Origin: Dendrobates tinctorius
Lineage: Eukaryota
Reading direction: 5' to 3'
Assembly: GCF_039654945.1 (NCBI RefSeq)
Contig: NW_027361696.1
Location: forward strand, 67,580,001-67,644,000
Length of the DNA stretch: 64,000 nt
The position numbers and the translations under genes were made by a program. The notes under the pieces were generated by a model that saw nothing but the letters and a program-made list of their open reading frames with translations, searched no databases and was not told the origin of the DNA. Position 1 is the first letter of the stretch. Each line of letters opens with the position of its first letter. This document shows positions 24,501 through 36,300 of this stretch, piece by piece.

Positions 24501-27500
24501 CGCGTGGCGATTCAGGAGTCCTACCGTATCAGGAATGCGCATGTCCCAGTGGGGATTAAGGCGCACTCTACCCGGTCAGTGGGCGTCTCTTCGGCCATTC
24601 GGCATCAGGCCTCGGCAGAACAGGTCTGCAAGGCTGCGACTTGGTCCAGTCTGCATACTTTTTACAAAACATTACCAAATTCATTCTCAGGCCTGTCTGC
24701 AAGGCTGTGACTTGATCCAGCCTGCATACCTTTACAAACATTGCCTAATTCATCCTCAGTCCACTGCGGATGCAGCGCTCTGCAGACGCAAGCTGCAATA
24801 GGCAGTACCTCAGTGTTGACTTAGTGGTACATGGAGTATTAGCAGATGTATGCTCCCCACCCAGGGACTGCTTTAGGATGTCCCACTGTCTGTGTCCCCC
24901 AGTGAGGCGTAGGAGAAATAGGGATTTTTGTGTATTCACTATAAAATCCTTTTCTCCGAGCCAATCATTGGGGGACACACCACCCACCCTGTTTAGCCTA
25001 TTGGCTCACTGTAGCATTCTTAGGCTTTGACTTAGTTATGGTTATTATTGACGGTTTATGCTCCTACTGTTTTTTTCACCGAACTGGAGAAATCTCAGCC
25101 AGCGAGAAGGTGTATACTGCAGGGGAGGAGCTAACTTTTTTTCTGGTTTACTTAGTGTCCTCCTAGTGGCCAGCAGCATAACACCCACTGTCTCTGTGTC
25201 CCCCAATGATTGGCTGGGAGAAAAGGATTTTACGGTGAGTACACAAAAATCTCTATTTTTCGCTCCTAGATGTACAGATTGATCACTCTGCTCTGCTGAA
25301 ACAGTTCGAGCATTTGGACCCTCAGAACCAACATACATTTGAGGCCCGGGATTTGGAGTTGCTCATTCAAACTGTAAGTAAGATCATCCATGATTGGACC
25401 TGTAAAATACGGGGTTGTCTATTTCTATTCTGAGACCATTTCATAAAGACTTAATGATTAATTGGGTGACCAGGAGCATTGCTGTGCAGGAAAAAAGTCA
25501 CATGGTTGGTGAGTGCCCCAGTTGTTGGACCCTCAACAATCATTTTCATCATCTTATAAGATCACTTTAGCAGTGACTAGAAGGAAATTGTCTGTGCCCA
25601 CCAGTTGGGGTTTTGCCAAGACTTTGTGAGTAACCGAGCTCTGTATTTAAAGCTACATCCACTTTAGGACAAAATTTTTGCTTGCTTCCTAATCCAGCCT
25701 ACATTACTGGGAGAGACACACAATACTCACATCCACCCTATATTACACGGGGAGACGCACACAGCTCACATCCAGCCTATATTAGGGAAAGACACCCAGA
25801 GCTCACATCCAGCCTATATCACAGGGATACAAACACAGACCTCATATCCAGCCTATATTACTGGGAGGGACACACAAAGCTCACATCCGGCCTATATTAC
25901 TGGGAGAGACATATAAAGCTCACATCCAGCCTGTTACTAGGAGACACACAGAGCTCCCATTTAGCCTATGTTACAGGGAGAGATGCTCACTCAAAAAAAA
26001 AAAAAATCTGAAACTTGGATCACTAATATGTTAAAAGCATTTTAGTTCTGTGTTAGAGATGTCCATAGCCTTCAAAGTAATTGTGCTTTCTAGCCAGAAT
26101 ATTACAAAAGCATAATAGTGAGGATTGGAGCATACTTCAGTTTGTAACGGACAGATGTGAGGAGAGCAGGTGGAGATCAGTCAAAAGATCCAGTATTCCC
26201 TATTAGGAAAAAAAAAAACTGAAGCGAGAATGTAATGTGAATTCTGCTTATTTTGCTCAGGCCACCAAAGATCTGGAGAACTATGATGCTGCTCATCATG
26301 AAGAGTTCAAACGTTACGAGATGATGAAGGAACACGAGAGGCGAGAGTATCTGAAGTCCCTGGATGAGGATAAACGGAGAATGGAGGAAGCGCACTACGA
26401 AGAGATGAAGAAAAAACACAGGGAGCACCCAAAAGTTAATGTACCAGTAAGTGCACTTCATGTTTGGGTCATCCAGCTGTCGATTGAACAAACGACCCTC
26501 TATCTAAGGTGTATGTACACATTTAGTAGTTTTTATTATTCAATGTGTCTGATCTGCTCCATCCTTTTCACCAGGGAAGTAAAGATCAACTGAAGGAAGT
26601 CTGGGAAGAGACGGATGGGCTAGACCCCATTGATTTCAACCCAAAAACATTCTTCAAGTTACACGGTAAGTCTCGTCTGATCACATTTATATCATGACCG
26701 AGGACGCAGAAGTGTGTGGGATTCTTCTAGTCCATGGTATATAGCGTGTAGACTGTGTACACGGAGAGTTCCTCATCAACGTGTGAAATTCCACATTCTT
26801 CTCATCTCTAATTTTTTTTTTTTCAGATACCAATGGAGACGGTGTTCTGGACGAGCAAGAGCTGGAGGCGCTCTTCACTAAGGAGGTAATCTAATGGCAT
26901 ATTCCAAATGACCACCGGCCACGTCAGTACTCTGTGGTTGTTGGATGAGACCCTTGAGATTCTCCTCCTACTTTCTGGGATCCGTGACTCTTTTGATTAG
27001 CCAGCCTGGCACTATGTTATCGCTGCAGAGTTATGCACATGTGATGTCTCGCCAGGCTGGCTAATCAAAAGCAGAGTCACTGATGTCGGGATGCCGGAAG
27101 GTAGGAGGAGATTCTCGGCGCTCCCGACCAAGCGGCCACAGATCACTGATCACTTACATAGGCAATGGACCGACTGGGTCCTGAGAATCGATTCATACCA
27201 GCAATACAAGACAGCGTCTATGATTAAAAGTGACACTATTCTGGGAGAAGGGGGAAAAAAAGGATTAGCTTTTTTTTCTCATCTCTTACAACCTCTTATA
27301 CCAGCACTGGAGTGGACTTATTTCTGACTTAATAGATAATATGAATAATGTTTTGTGGATTTTGCCTTTAGCTGGAGAAAGTCTATGACCCAAAAAATGA
27401 AGAAGATGACATGGTGGAAATGGAAGAAGAGAGGCTGCGGATGAGAGAGCACGTCATGAAAAATGTATGGAGGTTTGAAATATGCCATTAAAGGGATTGG

Positions 27501-30500
27501 GGAGACTCTTGATTAATATACTCAACCCCAATGCTAATTATAGGGTACGGTGATCGCATGCAGTGTCATGCGATCAGAGGAGGAACTGACCGGAGGGGGC
27601 ACGGCCAGGGGCGGGGCTTAGCGGCGGCCCTGCGCTGCGCCCGAGAACGCTAGTGTGAAACTAGCCTTGCACATGCTAAAACCTACATGCGTTAGAATGT
27701 ATGCGTTTATTCATGACGCACCATCGAACGCTGCTTGCAGCGTTTTTGGGTGCGTTGGCAGTAACACACAGCGAACGGACCCGTTAGCTGTGCATAGAAC
27801 TGTATAGGCTAACGCTAGGTAGCGCATGGTACCTGAGCGCTACCTAGCGTTAACGCATACCGTTGGCGCTAGGCCACTAAAGATGTCAAAAATGACATCA
27901 GCGTTAGCGCATCCATTTAACGGATCCATTAAACGGATGCTCTAACGCAATGTGAACCTAGCCTAACCGAGAACAGACTGCCATGTCCGCATCAGTCGTA
28001 GGTCTCTTTACCCAAACTCGCCGGTCTCATCTAAACTTATGATGGTTCTCCGTTTAGGTCAGGAGACCTTCTCCTGCCAGGCCCGACATCTCAGTCCGTA
28101 CTCAGACTATGGATGCTGAACATGTGCAGTTGGCCTAAAGACTAGTCATTGTATAATGCAAAGTTATGGAGCTTTAAAATAAAACATCACAATTTTCATG
28201 ATCTCTGCTCCAAGACAGGAAATTAGAAAATCCTATACATACTTAAGGGCCGTCACTACTTGGGAAAACTATTCCTTTGGCCCGGTAGTGCATCGGTGCC
28301 AAACCGGTTGTCTTGTCAATTGGTGCCAGGGCGTGGTTAATGACTGAAGTCGCATTGGCCGTGTCTCTGACTGAAGGCCAGAGGTTGCCGGGAAGAATAA
28401 GTTTGTTTCCTCCCGGAAACCAGACTTTCAGTTCAACGACTTTTGAATGCTATTAACTTGCAGATGAACCTGCATTTTAATAGTATTTTTTTTTACATTC
28501 CTTTAAGTAGAGGTTTTCCATCTAGTGTTTCCGAATCTGTATTCTGTGCTGTGTATAGCACACTCAGGAAGTGAGAGTGAGTAATAAACCATTTCTGCCT
28601 TCTCTATGGGGAGTCTGGTTGTGACTGACAGCCAGCTCCCCATACGCACATAAGCGGTTTAGGGTCCTTTCACATTGGATTCTATGCCCCCATCTAAGGT
28701 CCGGATGCATTCTCCGACAAAGCCATAGACTGTAGTGGTGACAGCAGAGCGAACATGCGCTCTGCCAGGCGCTTTTTTCGGGGCTATATGCCTACAGGAG
28801 GCGGACACTCAGGTGCAGTTTACTACATCTGAATGTTCGCCTCCTGTATGAGTACACTCCCGAAAATAATGCCCAGAAGAGAGCTCGTTTGCTCTGCCAT
28901 CACCATTGCAGTCTATGGCTTCATCGGAGAATGCGTCCGGACCGCAGGGTATTTCGGACGTATGCCGTGACAGGGAAACAGAACGCAGTGTGAAAGCACC
29001 CTTACTCTGAACTGACATTTTAGAACGTCAGTGCAGAGTATAGTGAGGGCTGCCCGGACATATAAAGTATCTGTGTTGTCCAGAAGTAATGAAACAATAA
29101 GTAATCTTTGGTGAGAGTTGTTTAACTTAGTAAAACTGGATTTCTTCTTTTCTAGGTGGACTCGAATCACGATCGCTTGGTGACTCTGGAAGAGTTCTTG
29201 AAATCTACAGAGAGGAAAGAGTTTAATGAGGCCGGAGGATGGGAGGTGAGGATGTAAATTGGGACTTCTGGATTAAGACATTGATGGTGAATCCCTAGGA
29301 GAGGCCCTTGAGGTGTCCGGTTTAGGAAGAAGGACTGAAATGGGTAATGAAAGGAGAAAATTAAAGGAGCACATACACCATTAATAGCTGTCGTTCACTT
29401 CTCGTCCAGCTATTTCCCCCAACCTCCTCATACATATGCACGCTCAATTCAGCAGAGTGTCCCTGTGTATTCAGTGCAGACAGAGGAAGCTTTAGACCCA
29501 GTTTGGGTGTGTACCTGCTAAGATTCTTATTTTAGGCACTTTACAGAGTTTAGGGCCCGTTTTCCTGAAAAGTGGACAAAACCTTTAAGTACATGTAATT
29601 TCGGGTAACAGAAAAAATATTCTTGCTATTGGGTTTCATTAAAAAAATTGCCCCAGTTGCCGTAAATAGCTTATGCATTGTATGCAGAATGAGTCACATA
29701 ATAATCCATCAGTGAGCTCATTCTGTTGAGGCGTTGATCCATATTTCCGGAGCAGATATAATGATTACGGACCACATCAAAGTTAAACTGTGATGCGGTC
29801 ATAAAGCAGCTGATCAAGCTCAAAACATAACAGATAAGACTTAGAAACTTCCATCAGAAGAGGCTCACTGATGGATTCTCAGTTAACTCAGGGAAAGAAT
29901 GGAAAACAAAGCAAAATTTTTAATGAAACCTATTTGCAAAAATCATGATAAACACAAAATATGCGCAATTAATAAAGCTTGATGAATACGTCGCCTACAG
30001 CAATACTGGGTTATCAAGAATCTGCACAGGATTCATGTTGGTATATGCACGCTCGCTCCCATAATTATGGTGGTGATTTCACCAATATCCAGTTCGGACT
30101 GCCCCTATAAGTGCATCACATAGATCACCGCCGACCATCTTCTTTCTTTTTTCTTAAGACTGTGGACGAGTCCCAGATTTACACAGAGGATGAGCTGCGC
30201 AGGTTTGAGCAGGAGCTGGCCACTCAGGAAGCTGCCTTAATTCAGCGAGCTGAGGAGCTGCGGAAAGAGCATGAAGTCCTTCAGCAGAGGCAGATAGAGC
30301 TGGACGCTCAAAAGAAGGAGTACCAGCAGGTACGTAACGAGGTGGGCATCCAGCACCAGGCAGACCACCAAGATGTCTAATGCACAGGTGGACTGAGACA
30401 TCTGATGGGGTTTGGATTGGATAACATGGTTGGAGGTGACGGTATACGATTAAGAATCCACATTTTTCTTTTAAGGCTGTAATCCAGATGGAGCAGAAGA

Positions 30501-31576
30501 AGTCGCAGCAGGCTGAAGCCCCCGGAGCGCCCGCTGCTGGACTCGATGGGGAACTGAAGTTCCAGGCTCAAGTACCAGAAGGAGCCGTTGTACAAGGTAT
30601 GTAATTACATGGCAAGACCGAAATACCACATAGGCCCCCCCTAGTTTGTAATTATAAACTAATACCATTGGTACTAACTGAGAGCACCTGACAGGTGCCC
30701 TGCCGCAAATACACGTCCTGGATCACAAAAGGGTTAATATAAAAAAATAAACTAGGCTGTAATATAGGTATAATGTCCCACCAAGCAGTCGCAAAGATTA
30801 ATTCACAATTACCTTAATGGATGTTGATGTACTAAAACTGGTAGTTCAAAACAACACACTGGTTGACCTGAGGAGGTTGAATAAAGCCTATTATTATTAT
30901 ATTTATATATGATAAATATATAGATATTATTATTGTATATTTTATTATAATAAATATGTATAATAAAATATATAATATATATTATTAATCATATAATTTT
31001 ATTTTTGTTATATTTTTTTACACAAATGGCTGCGAAGAGGGTCAAGGAATTTTGTGAACCCGTAAACCCCTGTTAAACAATGGAATTTGGCACCTCTTAC
31101 TCCAAAGCACAGTGATAATGAAGACCTCTCAGGTTTTTTGTTTTTAAGGCTTATAAAAAGTATTTACATGTTTGTTTGTTTTCTTTTGGGTTTTTTTTAT
31201 ATTCCATTTTTTGGATTTTTTTTCCCACTTTTTTTTATTGCTATAGCAAAGCCTATAGGGTTACACCTAAGGGGGAAAAAAATGATTGGATTTGTTGAAT
31301 TTCAGCATGTCCAATCCTCTGATACAAAAGTGGCCGGCAGCACTTTGAAAACACCTGTAATGTATAAGGGTGGGTCAGTGTCCTACCTTTTTGTCATATG
31401 TAATGGATACACGCATCGTCCTCTCAGCCGCCACAATTGTGTGACCTGTGTTCACAGATAAACCAGAAGAAGCCCACCATGTGTCAGACGTTCATCCAGG
31501 ACCTCCAGGAGATGCGGCCCACCCAGATATGAAAGATTCAGCGGCTTCCCAGGAACATCAGGTTCAGCAAGTCTAA
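15478..31576 (+). CDS. nucb1: Nucleobindin-1, spliced CDS of 12 coding exons, 1383 nt, 460 aa
   Basis: All introns GT-AG with consistent phases; signal peptide, [10 protein letters not shown] motif, two EF hands, VTLEEFL G-alpha-binding motif, coiled coil; NUCB1-type wording [16 protein letters not shown]; linkage to ppp1r15a. Confidence 0.95.
15857..15895 (-). ncRNA. Mirror-image minimal hammerhead motif (stem III variant CACG)
   Basis: Reverse complement reads CCCCTGAAGAAGAAGTGTTATACTTCGAAACACGTAGGG. Confidence 0.65.
15910..15948 (+). ncRNA. Minimal type-I hammerhead ribozyme motif
   Basis: CCC-CUGAAGA-A-GAAGU(GUUAU)ACUUC-GAAA-CGCG-UA-GGG: conserved core, 5-bp stem II, palindromic mini stem III, GUA cleavage triplet. 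Confidence 0.75.
17250..17357 (+). CDS. nucb1: nucb1 coding exon 2 ([13 protein letters not shown]...DDIK)
   Basis: AG/GT boundaries, 108 nt. Confidence 0.95.
17605..18212. mobile_element. TTAA-target (T2/Kolobok-like) MITE, degenerate
   Basis: TTAA-AGGG start; long imperfect inverted arms (AAATCAGGTTTTTGTGTT / AACACAAAAACCTGATTT). Confidence 0.55.
18967..19099 (+). CDS. nucb1: nucb1 coding exon 3 ([11 protein letters not shown]...[11 protein letters not shown])
   Basis: AG/GT boundaries, 133 nt; dibasic KR site of the nesfatin-like peptide. Confidence 0.95.
20500..21960 (+). pseudogene. DIRS gag-like ORF1, broken
   Basis: N-terminal CxxC..CxxC; [23 protein letters not shown]. Confidence 0.7.
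21960..23700 (+). pseudogene. DIRS RT-RNaseH-methyltransferase-like ORF, frameshifted
   Basis: [69 protein letters not shown]. Confidence 0.85.
23720..24700 (+). pseudogene. DIRS tyrosine recombinase ORF, frameshifted
   Basis: [34 protein letters not shown]. Confidence 0.85.
25270..25373 (+). CDS. nucb1: nucb1 coding exon 4 ([34 protein letters not shown])
   Basis: AG/GT boundaries, 104 nt, phase 1 to 0. Confidence 0.95.
25690..25990. repeat. Degenerate tandem repeat of about 40 bp
   Basis: Recurrent CACATCCAGCCTATATTACTGGGAGAGACAC. Confidence 0.75.
26261..26446 (+). CDS. nucb1: nucb1 coding exon 5 (ATKDLENYD...HPKVNVP)
   Basis: AG/GT, 186 nt. Confidence 0.96.
26575..26665 (+). CDS. nucb1: nucb1 coding exon 6 ([18 protein letters not shown]...FFKLH)
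   Basis: AG/GT, 91 nt. Confidence 0.96.
26827..26885 (+). CDS. nucb1: nucb1 coding exon 7 (EF-hand 1, [12 protein letters not shown])
   Basis: AG/GT, 59 nt. Confidence 0.96.
27372..27464 (+). CDS. nucb1: nucb1 coding exon 8 ([14 protein letters not shown]...HVMKN)
   Basis: AG/GT, 93 nt. Confidence 0.96.
28662..29001. mobile_element. PIF/Harbinger-type MITE
   Basis: GGGTCCTTTCACA...TGTGAAAGCACCC; TTA on both sides; internally palindromic. Confidence 0.75.
29156..29245 (+). CDS. nucb1: nucb1 coding exon 9 (EF-hand 2 and G-alpha-binding motif, [15 protein letters not shown])
   Basis: AG/GT, 90 nt. Confidence 0.96.
30159..30329 (+). CDS. nucb1: nucb1 coding exon 10 (coiled coil)
   Basis: AG/GT, 171 nt; [13 protein letters not shown]. 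Confidence 0.95.
30476..30596 (+). CDS. nucb1: nucb1 coding exon 11 (AVIQMEQKK...DGELKFQ)
   Basis: AG/GT, 121 nt. Confidence 0.9.
31458..31576 (+). CDS. nucb1: nucb1 last coding exon (DKPEEAHH...QVQQV*)
   Basis: TTCACAG acceptor, correct phase, TAA at 31574-31576; low conservation, so less certain. Confidence 0.75.
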
Positions 31577-33038
31577 CAGTAGGAAGTTAAAGAGACCCAA
31601 AGGAGGGGGAAATGCTTCAGGGACACACGGATCGGTCACCTCCATCTTGGGGTCTCCACTCTGTATCCTCTGTTCTCCCGAATTTCAAAGTCAAAGGGAT
31701 GTGCAATCGACCTCTGGGTAAATCTCTCACATTGGGAATCGGGCTTCTTGTTTTCAAAAAACAAACTTAAAAAGAAACAAAACAGAAAAAAATAACGAAA
31801 GACTGTGAGGCGTTAGGTGGGTCGTACCCTGGAGAAGCACCTTTTTCTGTTTTCATCATGCAGTGGATGCCACCCATCTATGTACAGTATATTTGTATTG
31901 GATCGGTGCTGTAGTTACATTGTGTCTCTGCCTCTCCGGCGTGTATAATGTATCCAGCATCCAGTAAAGATGTAGTAATCCCCATCTAGTAATTATTTGT
32001 GTCAAGTGGGACATGGTGGGGTGAACCGCCAAGTAGTTGCCCCCCATCTTCCTACTTCCTCAATGAACGAGCACCCGCGCCCTTTAAGCTGCACAGATGG
32101 GCACCATGTTTCTGATGACTACTGGTCCATTAATATTTTGCCTTTTCCACTCTTCCAAAGTGAGAAAAGAGTGCGAGATTGTCTCTTGCGTCAGTGTATC
32201 TAATAACCCCCCAGTCCTTAGATGCAGTAGGGTATACGGCATAGTGACCAGATAAATCCCCTTATGTCGAGTTCCTCACATTATGTAGGTACACCTATAT
32301 CAGTAGTCTGCGCTGCAGACTTCTTTGTTGCAATGTGTTTTGGGCTGTAATATGTAGACTCAGTCCAGCCCGAAACATGGTGCCAGACGCCTCCAGCTCC
32401 CTCTTAGAATTACATTTCTATGGCCTCCGTTGATACAGCCAGCGCCAGTATACACCCCTTGTGGTTTGTGTTTTCTAGCACATTTTCCAGAGATCTCGAA
32501 CAGTGCGGGACCACCGGTGAACGGTTTCTGGCCACAGGCTTCATACAAATGCCTAATACGTCTCTTAGGGGAGTGTTCACATGTCCTAATAAAACTCTTG
32601 TGCATTTGCGCGGCTGATCTTAGATTGCTGCCCCATTGTCCTTCACTAGAGCTAGTCCTCTGCTTTAATGTGTGGATCAGCCAAAATATGTAGCGGGCTT
32701 CCTGCGGAGACCCCACTCCGGTCACGTCCACACAGGACTGATTTTTTTGCATCCTTTTTCTTGGACAGAGCCTCATTTGGAGCAGATTCTATCTAGAAAA
32801 CATGTCCTTTTTTTTTTTTTTTTTTTTTTTCCCCCCCCACCTGCTGTGTTTCAAAAGTTTTTCAAGAAAAGCAAAAACTCGTATGTACAGCAAAGTGGCT
32901 TGCCCACAAGATTGTGTTTGGGAGGAGGATTTTAGTTTTTTACCCCCCATCCAAGAAACAAAAAAAAAAACTCACTGCACAGTGTTTAATTCCAACAGCG
33001 CAGCCACCAAAATTTTCCCTGAGCGACTCTACCTCTTC

Positions 33039-33069
<31 letters not shown>

Positions 33070-33144
33070 CTTTTGACTATAGAGAATGAACATGTTAAAC
33101 TAATTAACTGCTTCATGCCCTCCACACTCTGAAGTGGTTAAGAA

Positions 33145-33156
33145 AATAAAAATAAA
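33145..33156 (+). terminator. Probable nucb1 polyadenylation signal (tandem AATAAA)
   Basis: AATAAAAATAAA followed by a GT/T-rich element; implies a 3' UTR of about 1.6 kb. Confidence 0.6.
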
Positions 33157-33302
33157 TGAGCCTATGCCAAGATTGTGTCGGTTTTACACTGCTGCGCGCC
33201 ATGGTCAATTTTTTTTTGCAGTGTTTTATTACATGTATTGGATTACTGCTTCAAAATATGCACCTTCTGTATGTACATAGTCTTTGGCTGTGTTCGCAGT
33301 GT

Positions 33303-36300
33303 TTTTCTCTATCGCCTTATTGGGGGACACAGAAACCATGGGTGTATGCTGCTGCCACTAGGAGGCTGACACTATGCAGAAAAAAGTTAGCTCCTCCTCT
33401 GCAGTGTACACCCCACCGACAGGAAGTAGGATGATCAGTTTAGCTTAGGCCTCTTTCACACTTCAGTTTTTTGCATCAGTTCTAATCCGCCAAAAAGGCG
33501 GACAAGCGGATGCCAGAGAGAGAGAGAGAGAGAATTTTTTTGTTTTGTCCGGCACCCAGAAAGAAATAGTTAAATCAGTGTTTGCAGGATCCGCCAGAGA
33601 AAAAAACGTTACAAGCTCCGTTTTGAAATTTTTGAGGATGGTGACGGACAGCAACTTTTGGCGGATCCTCACAAAAAACGGATGCAACGGACATCAATCC
33701 GCCATTAATGCAAGTCAATGGGAAAAAACGGATCCTCAAAAAAAATTTGAGGATCCGTTTTTTTTCAAAACCTGGCGGATTGTGACTGATTGTAAAAAAC
33801 GGAAGTGTGAAAGAGGCCTTAGTGTCAGTAGGAGGTGGACACGGGTCTTTCATTAGACCCTTATCTACCTCAGTGTGCGTCGTTCCTTTTCAGGTACCAG
33901 GAGGGATACAGTGTGAAAGGTCACAGCTGTACTCCCACAAAGAGACTATGAGTACGGCGTGTACTGCCACCCCGTATCCTCATATGTCTAGCCGGCAGGA
34001 CCCAAACCCCTAGCACAGAAGCGTGCTTAGGTGATACAGACTTGGTCCTGGCCCTTCGTCTCCCACCTACTCGCCCACCAGAGCCTGTTAGTTGGATGAG
34101 ACGTGACGTCCTGCAACAGGTTTCCGGACGTCTGACACCGGGAAAGAGGTAAACGTAAGAAGATAGGCAAAGAAGAGGAAAGCCCTCCCCTATCCCTGGC
34201 TGCTCTCCGGCCGCTCATGTGGGGAGCTTATTCCCTGCCGAGGTTGGCAATTCCCTCACCTTTCCTCGCCGAGTGCTGTGTGCTCCAGGCTCCCCTCAGC
34301 TGGTTCCCTACTCAGCAGTATAGGCGACGGTGGGCAGCAGCCTACTCTCCTCGGCGTGGGGCTCCCGCCCCACCGCTTCCCCCCGCACCCGACTACCTTT
34401 CTGGGAGGATCCAGGGGATAGTTCCAGACTTTTTCGGGCCTCCACGCCGCCCCTCCCCTTTCGGCATTTATTGCGCCTGACGGGCTGCAGCTGCGGTTAC
34501 AGGCCGCTTCCAGGTGAGTCAAACGCACCTTTCAGATGCATATTTCATTTTTAATAACATCTGTGGTTTGTTACAAGTTAAACGTAAGCATTACCATGTT
34601 CAGACGGAGCAGATCTCTGTACCACAGAGTGGATCTCGGTAGCAACATAACTGGATACTCCACCTTCAGGTGGGTCACACACTCTCGTGTCAGGTACGGT
34701 GGATCGCGATTTGTCTGCGGCATGCTCTGGACCCTAAGTGTTACGCCTATCTTTAGGTTTGGCCAATAGTAGTTTACAGGTCCTAGTCTGTCCTAAGGGC
34801 CTTCAGGCTACCACAATGCCTAAGCTATTTATCTGTCGGAACTTACCAATTCTTTCTTACAGATGCCAGGTAAAGCCTCCGGCAGCGCAGGCATGGGACT
34901 TCTGACCGTGACGGGAAAGAGTATCCCACCTCAGACAGGAGTGGGATCTGACTCTGCGCAAGCATCAACCAGAGTAAAAGCTGCTCCAGTCTTGTATCCA
35001 AGGATAAGTCTGGTGATAACGCGTTTCTTCCTTCAGCTACAATTGTATCTTTTCCACGTTATCCTCGAGCGCTTCTTTTCTTAGACTTAGGCAAGCGGGT
35101 CTACACACCGCAATTCCCTCCCTGCTCTAGAGGGTCCAGTATGGATTTGGTCGTCTACTTCGTCATACGGATGGACCTGCCTTTCGTCAGCCTAGTTGTC
35201 TTCGGGTGTCTATTTAATCTACCTAGAGCCAACCTTCCTTACACATGGACGTTCCTTGCTCGACTAATCTCTTTTCTAAGTCCAGCTGGACTAGTTTTCA
35301 ATATCCACCCTCATCCCTGTAGGCTGGGTTATCTTCCCTTTGATCTCAGTCTCCAAGGTCATCCAGTAGTCTTCGTCCTACCGGCTTAGTCGAGCAATCA
35401 GTTGTCTCTCCATAGCCATCCTGAGCCAACATCGCGGCGATGGGATCCAGGTTATCCCCAGGTTCCGTTCAGTACGTTTTCAGTGTTCGACTCTTTAGCA
35501 GGTTCTCAGTGCCCTGCTCTCAGGTCTTGCCATTTTCTCACAGAACGGATTTCAGCCGTTTCCAAACAAGGGGACGCCTCGGTATATCTTTTCTCCCGAG
35601 CGTTTTGCAAACTTGACTACTTCTGCGACTACGAACCCTCCGGTTCCAAGTCTTCTACTACGGTCCTTCCTCTCTCAGAAGTGCATCCCTCAGGGATACC
35701 AATGGCGAATTCACACAGTAGTTGGCAAGGTCAACCTTCAAACCACCCGCCGCTATATCGTGACCTGCCTTAGTCTCAACCCGTGTTGCAAGGTTCTATA
35801 GACACGTGGCCTAGCTTGCTCATTAGAGCATTCTTCCCGGAGGCCGGTCAGGAGATATGACCGGCTTCACTGTCCTAATGATTTTTCTTGCATAGGGACC
35901 TTGGTTTTCGCCTAATCGTTCCCATCTAGGGGTCCACTTGGCTTTCAGTTTCACACCAACTTCCGTTCCTTCCGGGTGCCTCCAACAGGCCAAATTATTG
36001 AGAGGGTCACCGGAAGGACAAGCGCTCTCCTTCCTCAGACTGCACCCTGTCGTTCTTCAGCGCATTTTCCTCAGCGTGCCTTTTCGGGATCTAGGATTGA
36101 ATTCATCCTTGTTTTTCTCAGGAAGAGAATTTTTCTTCGTTCAGCATTTGCCTCCTGTGAATCGTATGTTTTTTTCCATGAAGCCCTTATCCAGGTCCTG
36201 ATTTCTTCAGGGCTTTGGCGATATCTGCTTTGCAATGGACGGGTTCATTTTCCTTTCAGTTGGGGTAGCCTTCCCTTTTCAGGGTCTCCACCACTCCTAG

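Larger units (their letters stand above)
19329..25258 (+). mobile_element. DIRS1-type tyrosine-recombinase retrotransposon, full length, ORFs disrupted
   Basis: Left ITR 19329-19470; inverted right ITR 25081-25208 plus 3' extension; internal complementary region about 24880-24980; gag, RT/RNaseH, methyltransferase-like and YR fragments. Confidence 0.92.

Noticed and set aside
31306-31356. Possible extra nucb1 exon (TTTCAG...GTAATG)
   Set aside because: In-frame TGA in the required phase and a weak donor
15478-31576. Assignment as nucb2
   Set aside because: NUCB1-type exon wording ([25 protein letters not shown]) and linkage to ppp1r15a favour nucb1
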